In this document: one piece after another, positions 41,789 through 51,476 of the stretch | Position numbering within the stretch: the stretch's first letter is position 1 | How the letters are laid out: every line of letters begins with the position of its first letter | Origin: Minisyncoccota bacterium | GTDB lineage: Bacteria; Patescibacteriota; Minisyncoccia; Phycocordibacterales; UBA918 | Reading direction: 5' to 3' | Length of the DNA: 64,000 nt | Assembly: GCA_022841645.1 (NCBI GenBank) | Contig: JALHRC010000002.1 | Location: forward strand, 36,846-100,845 | Notes under the pieces: generated by a model | Told to the model about the DNA's origin: nothing | Databases searched by the model: none | The model's input: the letters and a program-made list of their open reading frames with translations, nothing else | Position numbers and translations under genes: made by a program

Positions 41789-42295
41789 ATGGAAATACTT
41801 GTAAACGTGGCTGCGGTATTGCAGGGTGTAGCGGTATCACTTGGGGTAGGAACTTCAACCATGGCAATTGTTAATTTCTTTAGTGCCATTGCTGACGGGG
41901 TGATCGACGAAAAGGAGCGGCATATGATGGGACTGGTGTACTACGTACTCCGTATCGCCATGGTCGTAATCCTCCTCACGGTACTGGCGCGCTTTAGCTA
42001 TGAATTCATCGCCACTGGCACTATCGTACTTACCACCATGACTATCGCCACCTTACTACTCGTGTTTGTGCTTTACGCAAACTCCGCCTTGATGACGCTC
42101 CACTATATGCCCAGCAGCATTGGGCCAGCGCTCCAGGCTGCCACCTGGTACAGTCTTGGTGTCATGGCGAGCCTCGACTCCCTTAAGTTGGTGACCTTTA
42201 GCACGCTGCCATTTTTCCTAGGCTACCTCTCAGCCGTGCTGCTCGCTATCGCTATAGTAAACGGCATGATGGCCCACCTCAAATCGCGGAGATAG
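41789..42295 (+). CDS. Hypothetical integral membrane protein
   Basis: About 5 hydrophobic segments; start set to ATG 41789. Confidence 0.7.
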   Translation: MEILVNVAAVLQGVAVSLGVGTSTMAIVNFFSAIADGVIDEKERHMMGLVYYVLRIAMVVILLTVLARFSYEFIATGTIVLTTMTIATLLLVFVLYANSALMTLHYMPSSIGPALQAATWYSLGVMASLDSLKLVTFSTLPFFLGYLSAVLLAIAIVNGMMAHLKSRR

Positions 42296-42307
42296 AAGAC
42301 TGCCCCG

Positions 42308-42349
42308 AATTAAAACAGCCCCGCCTTTTAAAGCGGGGCTGTTTTAATT
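42308..42349. terminator. Bidirectional intrinsic terminator
   Basis: AATTAAAACAGCCCCGC...GCGGGGCTGTTTTAATT between convergent genes. Confidence 0.85.
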
Positions 42350-42358
42350 GTTGCTGAC

Positions 42359-45300
42359 TTAGAGAAGCACAGGCGTGTGGAGCGAGTCATCTGCCGCTTG
42401 CTTGCGCAAGAGCTTTTTCTGCTCGGCGCGGTAGTAGAGCACGGGCACGAGTACCAAGGTCAGAATCATCGCGAAGGTAAGGCCAAACATAATGGCGAAT
42501 GCCAGCGGGCTCCAGAAATCGGAAATCATTGAGAGCGGAATCATACCCACCACCGTCGTGATGGTGGTGAGCATAATCGGACGGAAGCGCGACACGGCTG
42601 CATCAGCCACTTGGTCAATCAGCAGATTGCTTGTGCCTTCAGAAGCTTTGTGGGTAATCATCGAGTCCATCAGAATAATGGCGTGGTTAATGATCACTCC
42701 GGCGAGCGCGATCACCCCAAGCAGGGACGTGAAGGAGAGCGCAAGCCCCGTCGCCGCGAGGCCAAAGAATACACCAATAAGCGAGTACGGAACAATGACA
42801 AGGAGATAGAGTGAATAGCGAATCGAATTGAATGAGAGCACCAATATGGCGAGCATGAGAAGCAATCCGACCACAAGCGCTATGAACATTTCAGTAAACG
42901 ACTGGTTTACGTTCTCAGCCTCGCCGCCATACGACACCTCGACACCACTCGGTAGCTCGAGCTCAGCATTGCGCGCCCTGAATGCACTTACCACTTCACC
43001 GGCGGCAACGCCAGGAACAGTGTAGGCCGAGACAGTCACTTGTCGTTCCTGGTCTTCACGATTAATCGCCGCACTCGCCGGCGCCAGTGACTCCGAAATG
43101 ACACTACTCAGTGGCACCGTAGAGCCCGTAACGGTGGGCACCGTAAGGCTGCGGAGGGCACTGATCGACACGTTTGGTGTGGCCGTGGTGTCCCCGCTTG
43201 TGCGGTCAATTCCAAGCCGCACGACGACGTCAATGTCTTCGCCATTTTGATTAATGGTGGTTGCTTCAACACCAAACACTGCTGTGCGCAGAATACCTCC
43301 CACCGCCGCTGGGGAAACGCCAAGCGCGCTGGCCTTAGCTTTATCAACGGTCAGTACATACTCAGTCGCGTTACTCTTGCTACTGGCTTCCACGTCACGA
43401 GTTCCTTCGATATCGCGCAAAAGCGCTTCTGATCGGTCTGAGACCAAGAGGAGATCAGACAGGTCGTCGCCACTGAGCTTAATGAAGACTGGTGCACCGG
43501 TAGGTGGACCGTTCTGTTGCTCTGTGATGGTAACGAGACCACCCTTGATGGCCTTGAAGTTCTCGCGGAGAGCGGCCGCCAGATCGATACTCGACTCCTC
43601 ACGATCTTCCTTAAGCGCTACGGTAATGTTGGCAAAGCGGCCGCCAGCATCGGTACTGCCGGTAAAGGCAGAACCTGAACCAGCCGTGGTGGTGAATGAT
43701 TCTATATAGTCCTTCTCGTAGAGCACTTCTTCAACGGCGCGTACGACAAGGTCCGTCTCAGTCACCGGTGTACCCTGCACGGTTTCAATTTCGATGTAGA
43801 TTGAGTCAACGTTCTCAGGTGGGAAGAAAATAACTTGGAGTGTACCGGTGATAGGCAGAGCAAAAGCTAGAATAAGACCAGCAAACATGCTCCACAGAAG
43901 CACCCGCTGCTTACGGCGACTTTCGAGGAAGCGTACGAGTTTCTCCCGGTACCACGCCTGTGCCTTCACGTTGTATTCCTCTTGCATTTTCTCAAAGCGG
44001 TTCGGTGTAGTGTTGCTCGTAAGGTAGATAGCAATCAGTGGCACGAGCCCAAGCGCCACAAAGATAGAGGCAAGGAGCACAAAGATAATCGTGAAGGGGA
44101 TAGACGCGATGAATTCACCCGTCACCCCCGAGAGGAAGAAGAGGGGAGCAAAGACGGCAATGGTGGTCATCGTGCCAGCAATCAGTGGCCACGCATACTC
44201 GCGAATTGATTTCTCAGCAGCGTCCATGGCGTTACCCGTTTTCCGCAGACGGGTGTGAATTGCCTCTGTGACCACGATACCTGAGTCAACCAAGATACCC
44301 ACTGAGAGAATGAGCGCAAAGAGGGAAATGAAGTTGATGGTATTGCCCGAAGCGTAGAGGCCAATAAAAGCAATCACAAACGACAGCGGAATAGAAAGGG
44401 CAGCGACAAGCGACTCGCGCCAACCAATCGTAAGGAGAAGACACAGCACCACGAGTGCTACGGTTTCCAGACCAGCCTTAACAAGACCAGCCAAGTCCTT
44501 GCGCACCTGCTCACCTTGGTCAAATACGACCAGTACCTGTGATTCAGCTAAGAGTCCACCTTCTGCTTGTAACTCAGCGAGCTTTTCGTGTACACGATCA
44601 GTTACCACCGTAACGTCAGTGCCCGCGCGTTTAAAAACGGAGACCGTAAGCGAGGTTTCTGATGGGACACCATCCACTGATACACGAGAAATTGACGACT
44701 CTTTGGTGACCGTATCGTTTACCGTCGCAATGTCGCGCACGTACACGGGCTGTCCCGATGCTGACCGAATGGGTGTATTCTCAATATCTTCGATAGTCGA
44801 TAGTTCACCAGAGAAGCGAACAGCATATTCAATACCATCAGTAGAAATAACGCCTACCGGTACATTCAAGTTTGCTTGGCCAAGAGCAGTAGTTACATCA
44901 GACACACCAAGACCAAAAGCGACTAGCGCTTCCTCGCGGATAAGCACTTGGATTTGTCGCTCACGGGTACCCGAAATCTGCACGTCAGAGACACCCGTGA
45001 CACCGGTAAGCTCATCCTTAATCTGTTCACCGAGCGCAGTGAAGGCGGTAGGCGGGAGATTAGCCGAAATTGAAATAATGTTGATCGGCTGATTGGAAAA
45101 ATCAACTTCCGTTACTATCGGGTCATTGGCATCGGTAGGAAGTTCTCCTTTGGCACTATCAACTGCATCACGTAGTTTTTGAATTGATTCATCAATATCA
45201 GCACTGGCAGCAAATTCAACGCTAATACTCGAAACGTCATCACGTGAGGCCGAAGTGAGTGATTCGATGTCATCAAGATTCGCGATCGCATCTTCGAGCT

Positions 45301-45499
45301 TGATGGTGATAAGCTCTTCAATGTCAGAGGCTGAAGCCCCTGGATACACTGTTGAAACAATTCCCACTGGCACAATCACCTCCGGAAAAGATTCCTTGGG
45401 GATGATGTTTACTGCATAGATGCCCAAGCCCACCAGCGTGAGCATGAGAAGCACACTAAACTGCCGCTTCTCTAAAAAGAATAGCCAAAATGAATGCAT
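42359..45499 (-). CDS. RND efflux permease (AcrB/AcrD/AcrF family)
   Basis: 1046 aa; YPGASA, GILVDSGIVV and RFRPIMLTTITT motifs; 12-TM pattern. Confidence 0.93.
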   Translation of the reverse strand: MHSFWLFFLEKRQFSVLLMLTLVGLGIYAVNIIPKESFPEVIVPVGIVSTVYPGASASDIEELITIKLEDAIANLDDIESLTSASRDDVSSISVEFAASADIDESIQKLRDAVDSAKGELPTDANDPIVTEVDFSNQPINIISISANLPPTAFTALGEQIKDELTGVTGVSDVQISGTRERQIQVLIREEALVAFGLGVSDVTTALGQANLNVPVGVISTDGIEYAVRFSGELSTIEDIENTPIRSASGQPVYVRDIATVNDTVTKESSISRVSVDGVPSETSLTVSVFKRAGTDVTVVTDRVHEKLAELQAEGGLLAESQVLVVFDQGEQVRKDLAGLVKAGLETVALVVLCLLLTIGWRESLVAALSIPLSFVIAFIGLYASGNTINFISLFALILSVGILVDSGIVVTEAIHTRLRKTGNAMDAAEKSIREYAWPLIAGTMTTIAVFAPLFFLSGVTGEFIASIPFTIIFVLLASIFVALGLVPLIAIYLTSNTTPNRFEKMQEEYNVKAQAWYREKLVRFLESRRKQRVLLWSMFAGLILAFALPITGTLQVIFFPPENVDSIYIEIETVQGTPVTETDLVVRAVEEVLYEKDYIESFTTTAGSGSAFTGSTDAGGRFANITVALKEDREESSIDLAAALRENFKAIKGGLVTITEQQNGPPTGAPVFIKLSGDDLSDLLLVSDRSEALLRDIEGTRDVEASSKSNATEYVLTVDKAKASALGVSPAAVGGILRTAVFGVEATTINQNGEDIDVVVRLGIDRTSGDTTATPNVSISALRSLTVPTVTGSTVPLSSVISESLAPASAAINREDQERQVTVSAYTVPGVAAGEVVSAFRARNAELELPSGVEVSYGGEAENVNQSFTEMFIALVVGLLLMLAILVLSFNSIRYSLYLLVIVPYSLIGVFFGLAATGLALSFTSLLGVIALAGVIINHAIILMDSMITHKASEGTSNLLIDQVADAAVSRFRPIMLTTITTVVGMIPLSMISDFWSPLAFAIMFGLTFAMILTLVLVPVLYYRAEQKKLLRKQAADDSLHTPVLL

Positions 45500-45510
45500 G
45501 GATGTGAGTG

Positions 45511-47052
45511 TTAGTTGCTCTCGGCGGTTACCGCTTGGCCTTCCTTGAGCCCTCGCGCATCTACCACAATCTGATCTTCAAGGGCAATGCCTTCTTCTAC
45601 AATCACACTTTCACCACTGATGGCTCCTAAGGTAATACTTCGTCCGGAAAGCGTATTCTCATCTGTCACTTTGAAAACCACCGGCCCACTGCCGGTCATC
45701 TTTACTGACGAAAGGGGAATCATGATCTTGGTCTCAGTGCTACTGTTTTCATTTATAAAGAGTACGGTGGCCGTGCTGCCGTTTTGTAGCTCTGAATCAT
45801 CGGCCACACTTACTTTGACGGCAATTTTGCCCGTCGTGGGGTCTACGGCGCCAGCAATCGCCGTTACGGTGCCACTGGCTGTACCATCAATGACAACTTC
45901 ATCGCCAATGGCGAGGTTCGCACTCTCCTCCTGATTGATCGCCGTCGCAATTTCCAGACCATTGTTGTTTGCGACGATGGCCGCCGGCTGCCCAGAGCCC
46001 ACGTATTGTCCGGCCTTAAGATAGAGGGCGTTTACCACGCCACTAATCGGCGAGCGAACGATCGTCTTTTGGTAGGCAGCTTGTGCAGCCTGGAGGCTAC
46101 CAAGCGCAATTTTCACCTGCGCATTAGCGAGCGATACGTCAGCAGAGGTGCCGCCAATGGTTGCTCGCGCTAACGCTTCCTCAGCGTCAGCCAAACCAGT
46201 TTTGGCAGCCTTCAGGGCTTGGAGGGTGGTATTGAGTCGCGCACTCTCCGCTAAGAGACCATTAGTAAGAGAATTTGTAGGTACGCCAAATAGCGTATCA
46301 TTTCTATCTGCATTATTAGTTTGAGCAACAAACAACTCTACGAAGGCAATCGTTCGAGTAACCTGTGTCTCAGCCGTGGCGATTTGGTCGTAAAGATTTT
46401 CGTCTGTCAGGCCATTTATCTGGGTCTGCCATTCAGGAAGTAGTTTTTGATAGGCAACACGTTCAGCATTCAAGACTTGAGCGTTACCATCAATGCGTAA
46501 CCCTGGAACAAAGCTATTTGGGTCGGAGAAAAATGGGTCAATTGATTTCACAATGACTGAACTAACATCAGTTAAGCTGGCCCGAACGGCTGCTTTCGCG
46601 GTATTGCGAGCATTCTCAAGCCCCGTTGACGCACCGCGCACCCCACTATCACTCTGCTTGGCTCCCGCAACCGCAGCTTCGTATGAGCCCTCGGCCTGCA
46701 CCAAGGCAGCCCGCTCTGCACTATTCTCGAGGGTAGCCAACACTTGTCCAGCAGCGACCCGAGCACCGATTTCAGTCGTGACTGACACAACGCGACCACC
46801 GGCCTCCGTCTCGAGACGGGCTTCCGAGATGGCGGTTACCGTGCCTACCGCAGAAAATGAGCTCCCTGAGGCAAGTTCACGAACGCTGGCCACCTCAACG
46901 GTAGTCGCAGCAGGCAAAACCTCGACGACCGGCTCACCACCTGGGCCAAAAAATACTGAGGCAGTAAGCCCAAGTAACAGGATAACAGCAGCAATTCTTA
47001 CCCAAGTTTGTCCCGCGTACTGCTTGTAGAGGGACGTCAACCGTTCACGCAT
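45511..47052 (-). CDS. RND periplasmic adaptor (membrane fusion protein) with a long helical hairpin
   Basis: N-terminal TM; lipoyl half-motifs GARVAAGQVL and IVRSPISGVV; VDPTTG. Confidence 0.88.
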   Translation of the reverse strand: MRERLTSLYKQYAGQTWVRIAAVILLLGLTASVFFGPGGEPVVEVLPAATTVEVASVRELASGSSFSAVGTVTAISEARLETEAGGRVVSVTTEIGARVAAGQVLATLENSAERAALVQAEGSYEAAVAGAKQSDSGVRGASTGLENARNTAKAAVRASLTDVSSVIVKSIDPFFSDPNSFVPGLRIDGNAQVLNAERVAYQKLLPEWQTQINGLTDENLYDQIATAETQVTRTIAFVELFVAQTNNADRNDTLFGVPTNSLTNGLLAESARLNTTLQALKAAKTGLADAEEALARATIGGTSADVSLANAQVKIALGSLQAAQAAYQKTIVRSPISGVVNALYLKAGQYVGSGQPAAIVANNNGLEIATAINQEESANLAIGDEVVIDGTASGTVTAIAGAVDPTTGKIAVKVSVADDSELQNGSTATVLFINENSSTETKIMIPLSSVKMTGSGPVVFKVTDENTLSGRSITLGAISGESVIVEEGIALEDQIVVDARGLKEGQAVTAESN

Positions 47053-47224
47053 AAACTTTAAATAGTTATCTTACAACCATCATATAATACTACATTTATT
47101 TGTTTTGTCAAAACCTCCGTAATGGTTCAATAGCTTGTGAACACGCCTCTACATTCACCTCTACTACGCATACACCGCAGATTTCTTTACGCTGCTCCCA
47201 CAAAACTGCTACAATAGCGACACT

Positions 47225-47539
47225 ATGTTTGGAAAATTAAAGCAGTTTGCTCTCAAAAAGGTTGTTCAGTCACAGATGAAGAATGTGCCCGCCGACCAGC
47301 AGGCCATGATCCTTACCATGCTCGAGAAGGACCCGGCGTTATTTGAAAAAATCGCTAAGGAAATGCAGGCAGAATTGAAGGCTAACGGAAATAATCAAAT
47401 GGCCGCTGCGATGAAGGTTCTGCCTAAGTACCAAACCCAAATCATGGGTGCCATGACACCCGAAATGAAAGAGAAGCTCATCGCCATGCAAATGGGCAGC
47501 CAGGGGAAGTTTAACCCAAACGGTTCGATCCGCTCCTAG
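47225..47539 (+). CDS. Hypothetical Met/Gln-rich helical protein
   Basis: Extended -10 TGcTACAAT 9 nt before ATG; coherent 104-aa ORF. Confidence 0.7.
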   Translation: MFGKLKQFALKKVVQSQMKNVPADQQAMILTMLEKDPALFEKIAKEMQAELKANGNNQMAAAMKVLPKYQTQIMGAMTPEMKEKLIAMQMGSQGKFNPNGSIRS

Positions 47540-47551
47540 CCAGAATGCTGT

Positions 47552-47929
47552 ATGCGCTCACGACGCGAGTTGTATGTTGTTGGAGGTACTGAAGTTAATC
47601 CTAGACTGGCTGCCAATGAGCAGGCACGAATCGAGCGCGACAGCCTAGAGAAGCTCGACGCAGCCCATCTTGCAGCCATTGCCGCACTACAGAAGGGTGG
47701 AACCATTTGTAACGACCGCGAACGAATTGATGAGGCGGTGCGCAGGTTAGAAACCACACATTCAATTAATCTTTCTGAAAAATTGACCGCACTTGCGGCA
47801 CGTTCACGTTACTACAGCGTTTGGCAGGAACCAGATAACATAGCTGCTTTGTACGTTGTTGCTCAGCGCCTCGGAAAGACAGAAGAACTACTCCAGCACC
47901 TGAGTACCACGAGTAACGAGAGCCACTAG
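47552..47929 (+). CDS. Hypothetical protein
   Basis: 125-aa ORF co-oriented with its neighbours. Confidence 0.55.
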   Translation: MRSRRELYVVGGTEVNPRLAANEQARIERDSLEKLDAAHLAAIAALQKGGTICNDRERIDEAVRRLETTHSINLSEKLTALAARSRYYSVWQEPDNIAALYVVAQRLGKTEELLQHLSTTSNESH

Positions 47930-48016
47930 CGGAAGGGTGGTCGCTAAGTTTGTACACTAAGTAATCAACAGTAGTCGGTAGAGCAGATAGGTTCTGACAC
48001 GTATACTGGTACACAT

Positions 48017-48601
48017 ATGAGTATCCCCAAGAAGATCGTCGTTCTTTGTGGTCACCCCGACAAAGATTCATTTTCTGGAACGGTGGCCGACCACTACCAG
48101 GCAGGGGCACAGGACGCCGGACACGAAGTGCGCCGCGTCAATATTGGGGAACTACAATTTGACCCCATTCTTCACAAAGGTTACAAGGAAATTCAACCCC
48201 TTGAGCCCGATCTTCATGCTTTGCAGGATTCTTTTCGCTGGGCTGACCATATTGTAATTGTGTACCCCAACTGGTGGTGTACTATGCCCGCAATCTTAAA
48301 AGGGCTATTTGACCGTTTTTGGCTACCGGGTTTTGCGTTTAATTTCAACAAGGAAACAAAGAAAGTTGAGCAGCACCTGAAAGGGAAGACGGGGCGGGTC
48401 ATTATTCTCTCTGGATCGCACTCGCCTTTTAAAATGTGGTGGCTGTTTGGTGATTACACCAACGAAATCCAATACGGCATTATGGAGTTTGCTGGAATCA
48501 AGACCGACGTGAGTTCCTATGGACCGTGTGAGCGGGTTGATGAGAAATGTCGTGATAGTTGGATGAAGGAAGTAGAACGACTAGGGGCAAAAGGAGCCTA
48601 A
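48017..48601 (+). CDS. NAD(P)H-dependent oxidoreductase, flavodoxin-like fold (quinone reductase family)
   Basis: GHPDKDSF, WADHIVIVYPNWW, MPAILKGLFDR and PGFAF motifs. Confidence 0.9.
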   Translation: MSIPKKIVVLCGHPDKDSFSGTVADHYQAGAQDAGHEVRRVNIGELQFDPILHKGYKEIQPLEPDLHALQDSFRWADHIVIVYPNWWCTMPAILKGLFDRFWLPGFAFNFNKETKKVEQHLKGKTGRVIILSGSHSPFKMWWLFGDYTNEIQYGIMEFAGIKTDVSSYGPCERVDEKCRDSWMKEVERLGAKGA

Positions 48602-48619
48602 AAATAAGGCTCCTTTTGC
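48587..48619 (+). terminator. Intrinsic terminator overlapping the stop codon
   Basis: GCAAAAGGAGCCT...AGGCTCCTTTTGC followed by a T-rich tract. Confidence 0.7.
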
Positions 48620-48695
48620 TTGCTTTTTTAGCTGCTTTGTGCTATAATAGTAGATAGGTAGTGGGCAATCACGCCCACATGGAATGGAGGCGCCA

Positions 48696-49040
48696 ATGCG
48701 CACCGGTGCTCTTTGTCTTCTACTTCTTCTACTGGGAGCCTGCCAGGGGCTCACCACCCCGGAAATGGCAGCCAGCATGGCCAGCCGTGTACACACCTCC
48801 GTTAGAGTGGCAGCGGGCTGTGACCAGCTGGGAGCCAGCTGCGGCTCCTACCGAGTCGCTCAGGGCGACGTGAACGCCGGGCCTGATGGGCAGGACTGGT
48901 CCCTAAGCATGAGCTCTGGCGCTTCACAGCACTCGGAAAGGGAGTTCCGGCCGGCCCCGGTCGCCGTGCAGCCGTATCCCTTCTATGACCCATTCTATGA
49001 CCCCTACTGGCACCACAGGTCAAGGCGGAGGGGGTACTAA
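48696..49040 (+). CDS. Putative lipoprotein
   Basis: GGAGG SD; MRTGALCLLLLLLGAC lipobox; YPFYDPFYDPYWHH tail. Confidence 0.6.
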   Translation: MRTGALCLLLLLLGACQGLTTPEMAASMASRVHTSVRVAAGCDQLGASCGSYRVAQGDVNAGPDGQDWSLSMSSGASQHSEREFRPAPVAVQPYPFYDPFYDPYWHHRSRRRGY

Positions 49041-49303
49041 TGAGGAGGGCCATTGCACTGCTGCTGTGCTTACTAATGTTGCCAGGCTGCGGCATCAGCG
49101 TTGGTTGGGTGGAAATAGAGAGTGACCTGCCTGGTGTGGCAGAAGCACTCTTTCGGGCACAACAAGCCAGCGGGCTCATGCCACACTGTCCTGAGGGAGC
49201 AGAAGGGGAGTACCGTACCAGGACGGTAAGGGGCCGTTACGCCGGTAGCCAGCCTGCCACCAGCATCGTCGTGCGGTGCAGCTCAGCGACCGCTTGGTGG
49301 TGA
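49040..49303 (+). CDS. Putative lipoprotein
   Basis: TAATG coupling to the upstream gene; MRRAIALLLCLLMLPGC lipobox; hairpin plus T tract at ~49304-49355. Confidence 0.55.
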   Translation: MRRAIALLLCLLMLPGCGISVGWVEIESDLPGVAEALFRAQQASGLMPHCPEGAEGEYRTRTVRGRYAGSQPATSIVVRCSSATAWW

Positions 49304-49400
49304 GCGTTGCGGGAGAGGATCGTGAAAACGAATCCTCTCCCCGCGGCGCTTTTTGTTTATACCCAAGCCGCAGTATGCACTGCTGTGGTACCATAAGCAG

Positions 49401-50237
49401 ATGCCTACTCATTCCTTTTTACGAGAAATCGGCAATGTCCTGTTGCGAATCTTTGCCGTGGTCTTCACCATTGTCCTCCTCGTTGGTCTTAGTACTGCTT
49501 GGGTGGAAGAATCGTCGCTGAGTGACGGCACCTGCAACGTCGCTGTCTTGCCCATTGAAGGCATTATTGCTCCCTTCACGGGTATTGTGGACGGACCAAT
49601 CATAAGTCCCGCTGATATCCGTCGTTTTCTTGCTGTAGCCGAAGATGATCTTTTTATTCAAGCGGTGCTCGTAGAAATCAACTCACCAGGTGGCACGCCA
49701 GTGGCAGCAGAAGCTATCGCTGATATGCTCGACGAGTTGTCGTTACCCACGGTTGGTCTCATTGGTGATATGGGTGCCTCAGGTGCCTACCTCGTGGCCG
49801 CTGCCACCGATCATCTCATCGCTTCACCGATGTCACAGGTGGGCTCACTTGGTGTCACTATGTCGTACGTTGAGGAAAGTGTTCGAAATGAAGAAGAAGG
49901 ACTGACATTTGTAGAGCTTGCCTCGGGTGAATTCAAAGAAGCCGGCAACCCCAATAAACCACTGACAGAGGAAGAGCGGGAGCGTTTTGAGCGCGAATTA
50001 GCCGTTGTGCACGACGCTTTTGTTGACCGCATCGCCGCACTGCGTGAGGTTCCAAGGGAGACTATTGCTTCAATAGCCGATGGTAGCACCTATACAGGGA
50101 AAGATGCTCTGGAAAAGAGTCTTATCGATGAGCTTGGTGGTCGCCGCGCCGCCCGGGCAGAGCTGGCTTCAGAGCTTGAAATTGAGCCTGTTGATGTAGT
50201 GTTCTGTGAGTACGAGCCAGCTTTGTGGTGGTTTTAG
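49401..50237 (+). CDS. sppA: Signal peptide peptidase SppA (S49, 36K type)
   Basis: INSPGG, GASGAYLVA, VGSLGV and SGEFKE motifs. Confidence 0.9.
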   Translation: MPTHSFLREIGNVLLRIFAVVFTIVLLVGLSTAWVEESSLSDGTCNVAVLPIEGIIAPFTGIVDGPIISPADIRRFLAVAEDDLFIQAVLVEINSPGGTPVAAEAIADMLDELSLPTVGLIGDMGASGAYLVAAATDHLIASPMSQVGSLGVTMSYVEESVRNEEEGLTFVELASGEFKEAGNPNKPLTEEERERFERELAVVHDAFVDRIAALREVPRETIASIADGSTYTGKDALEKSLIDELGGRRAARAELASELEIEPVDVVFCEYEPALWWF

Positions 50238-50286
50238 GGGTATACATGATTTTCAAACGAGCAGAACTCTGCTAAGGTGGTGAGCT

Positions 50287-51384
50287 ATGTCTCTTTCGGT
50301 TGGTATAGTGGGGTTGCCGAACGTTGGTAAATCAACGCTGTTTACTGCCCTCACCAAAAACGAGGTACTTATCGCTAACTACCCCTTTGCAACCATCGAT
50401 CCATCGGTCGGTGTTGTAGCCGTGCCCGATCACCGACTCTCCACCCTAGCTGCCATTTCAGGGAGCAAAGAGATTATTCCGGCGGTAGTAGAATTTGTCG
50501 ACATTGCCGGTCTCGTGAAAGGGGCCTCGGCGGGTGAGGGCCTTGGCAACAAATTTCTCGCGAACATCCGCGAGACCAACATGATCGCCGAAGTGGTACG
50601 CATTTTTGAAGACGAGGACGTGCATCACGTTGCCGGTGGTATTGATCCCCTCGCTGATATAGAAGTTATCAACCTTGAGCTTATCTTGGCTGACGCCGAG
50701 ACGGTAGCGAAGCGCAAAGCAAATGTCGAGCGTGAGGTAAAGCGCGGAGATAAGGAGGCTGCGATTGAATTTGACGCTCTAACGCGACTACTGCCACACC
50801 TAGAAGGCGGGCAGCTTGCCAACCGCTTTACCTTCACTGAGAAGGAGGAAGCGCTCATGAAGGGCCTGCACCTCCTTACTATGAAGCCGTTTCTTTATAT
50901 CTGTAACAAGAAGCACGGGGGCTTTAATCTTGATGAACAGAACGACGAACGTTGGCAAGAGCTCCTCCATTTTTTTGAGACTACTGGTAGTCACTACGTC
51001 GTTGTCGACGCGGGGATGGAACATGAGTTGCGCGATCTCGGCGACGATGAAAAGCTAGAGTTCCGTCGCGAGTATGGAGCACAGGGAAGTGGCATTGAGG
51101 AGCTCATTCGTGCGTGCTATCGCCTCTTAGGCCTCATTTCCTATTTTACAACTGGCGAGAAAGAGACCCGCGCTTGGACGGTGCCGTTTGGTAGCACGGG
51201 GCCTAAGGCGGCAGCGGCCATTCACACTGATTTTGAGAAGAAGTATATCCGTGCGCAGGTAGTGACTTTTAAAGACCTCGTTGAAGCTGGCTCGATGGCA
51301 AAGGCACGAGACCTGGGAAAACTCCGTACCGAAGGGAAGGACTATGTGGTCGTCGATGGTGACGTGATTGAGTTTATGGTCTAG
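50287..51384 (+). CDS. ychF: Redox-regulated ATPase YchF
   Basis: [31 protein letters not shown] and [11 protein letters not shown] motifs. Confidence 0.97.
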   Translation: MSLSVGIVGLPNVGKSTLFTALTKNEVLIANYPFATIDPSVGVVAVPDHRLSTLAAISGSKEIIPAVVEFVDIAGLVKGASAGEGLGNKFLANIRETNMIAEVVRIFEDEDVHHVAGGIDPLADIEVINLELILADAETVAKRKANVEREVKRGDKEAAIEFDALTRLLPHLEGGQLANRFTFTEKEEALMKGLHLLTMKPFLYICNKKHGGFNLDEQNDERWQELLHFFETTGSHYVVVDAGMEHELRDLGDDEKLEFRREYGAQGSGIEELIRACYRLLGLISYFTTGEKETRAWTVPFGSTGPKAAAAIHTDFEKKYIRAQVVTFKDLVEAGSMAKARDLGKLRTEGKDYVVVDGDVIEFMV

Positions 51385-51404
51385 GACGCGTGAAGTACCA
51401 AGAT

Positions 51405-51455
51405 CTCTCGCCACCAAAAACGCCACCCTTTTAGGGTGGCGTTTTGGGTGGCGAG
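51405..51455. terminator. Long bidirectional hairpin between convergent genes
   Basis: TCTCGCCACC-AAAAACGCCACCCT TTT AGGGTGGCGTTTT-GGGTGGCGAGA. Confidence 0.75.
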
Positions 51456-51476
51456 ATGCCCAACAATGGTACCTCT

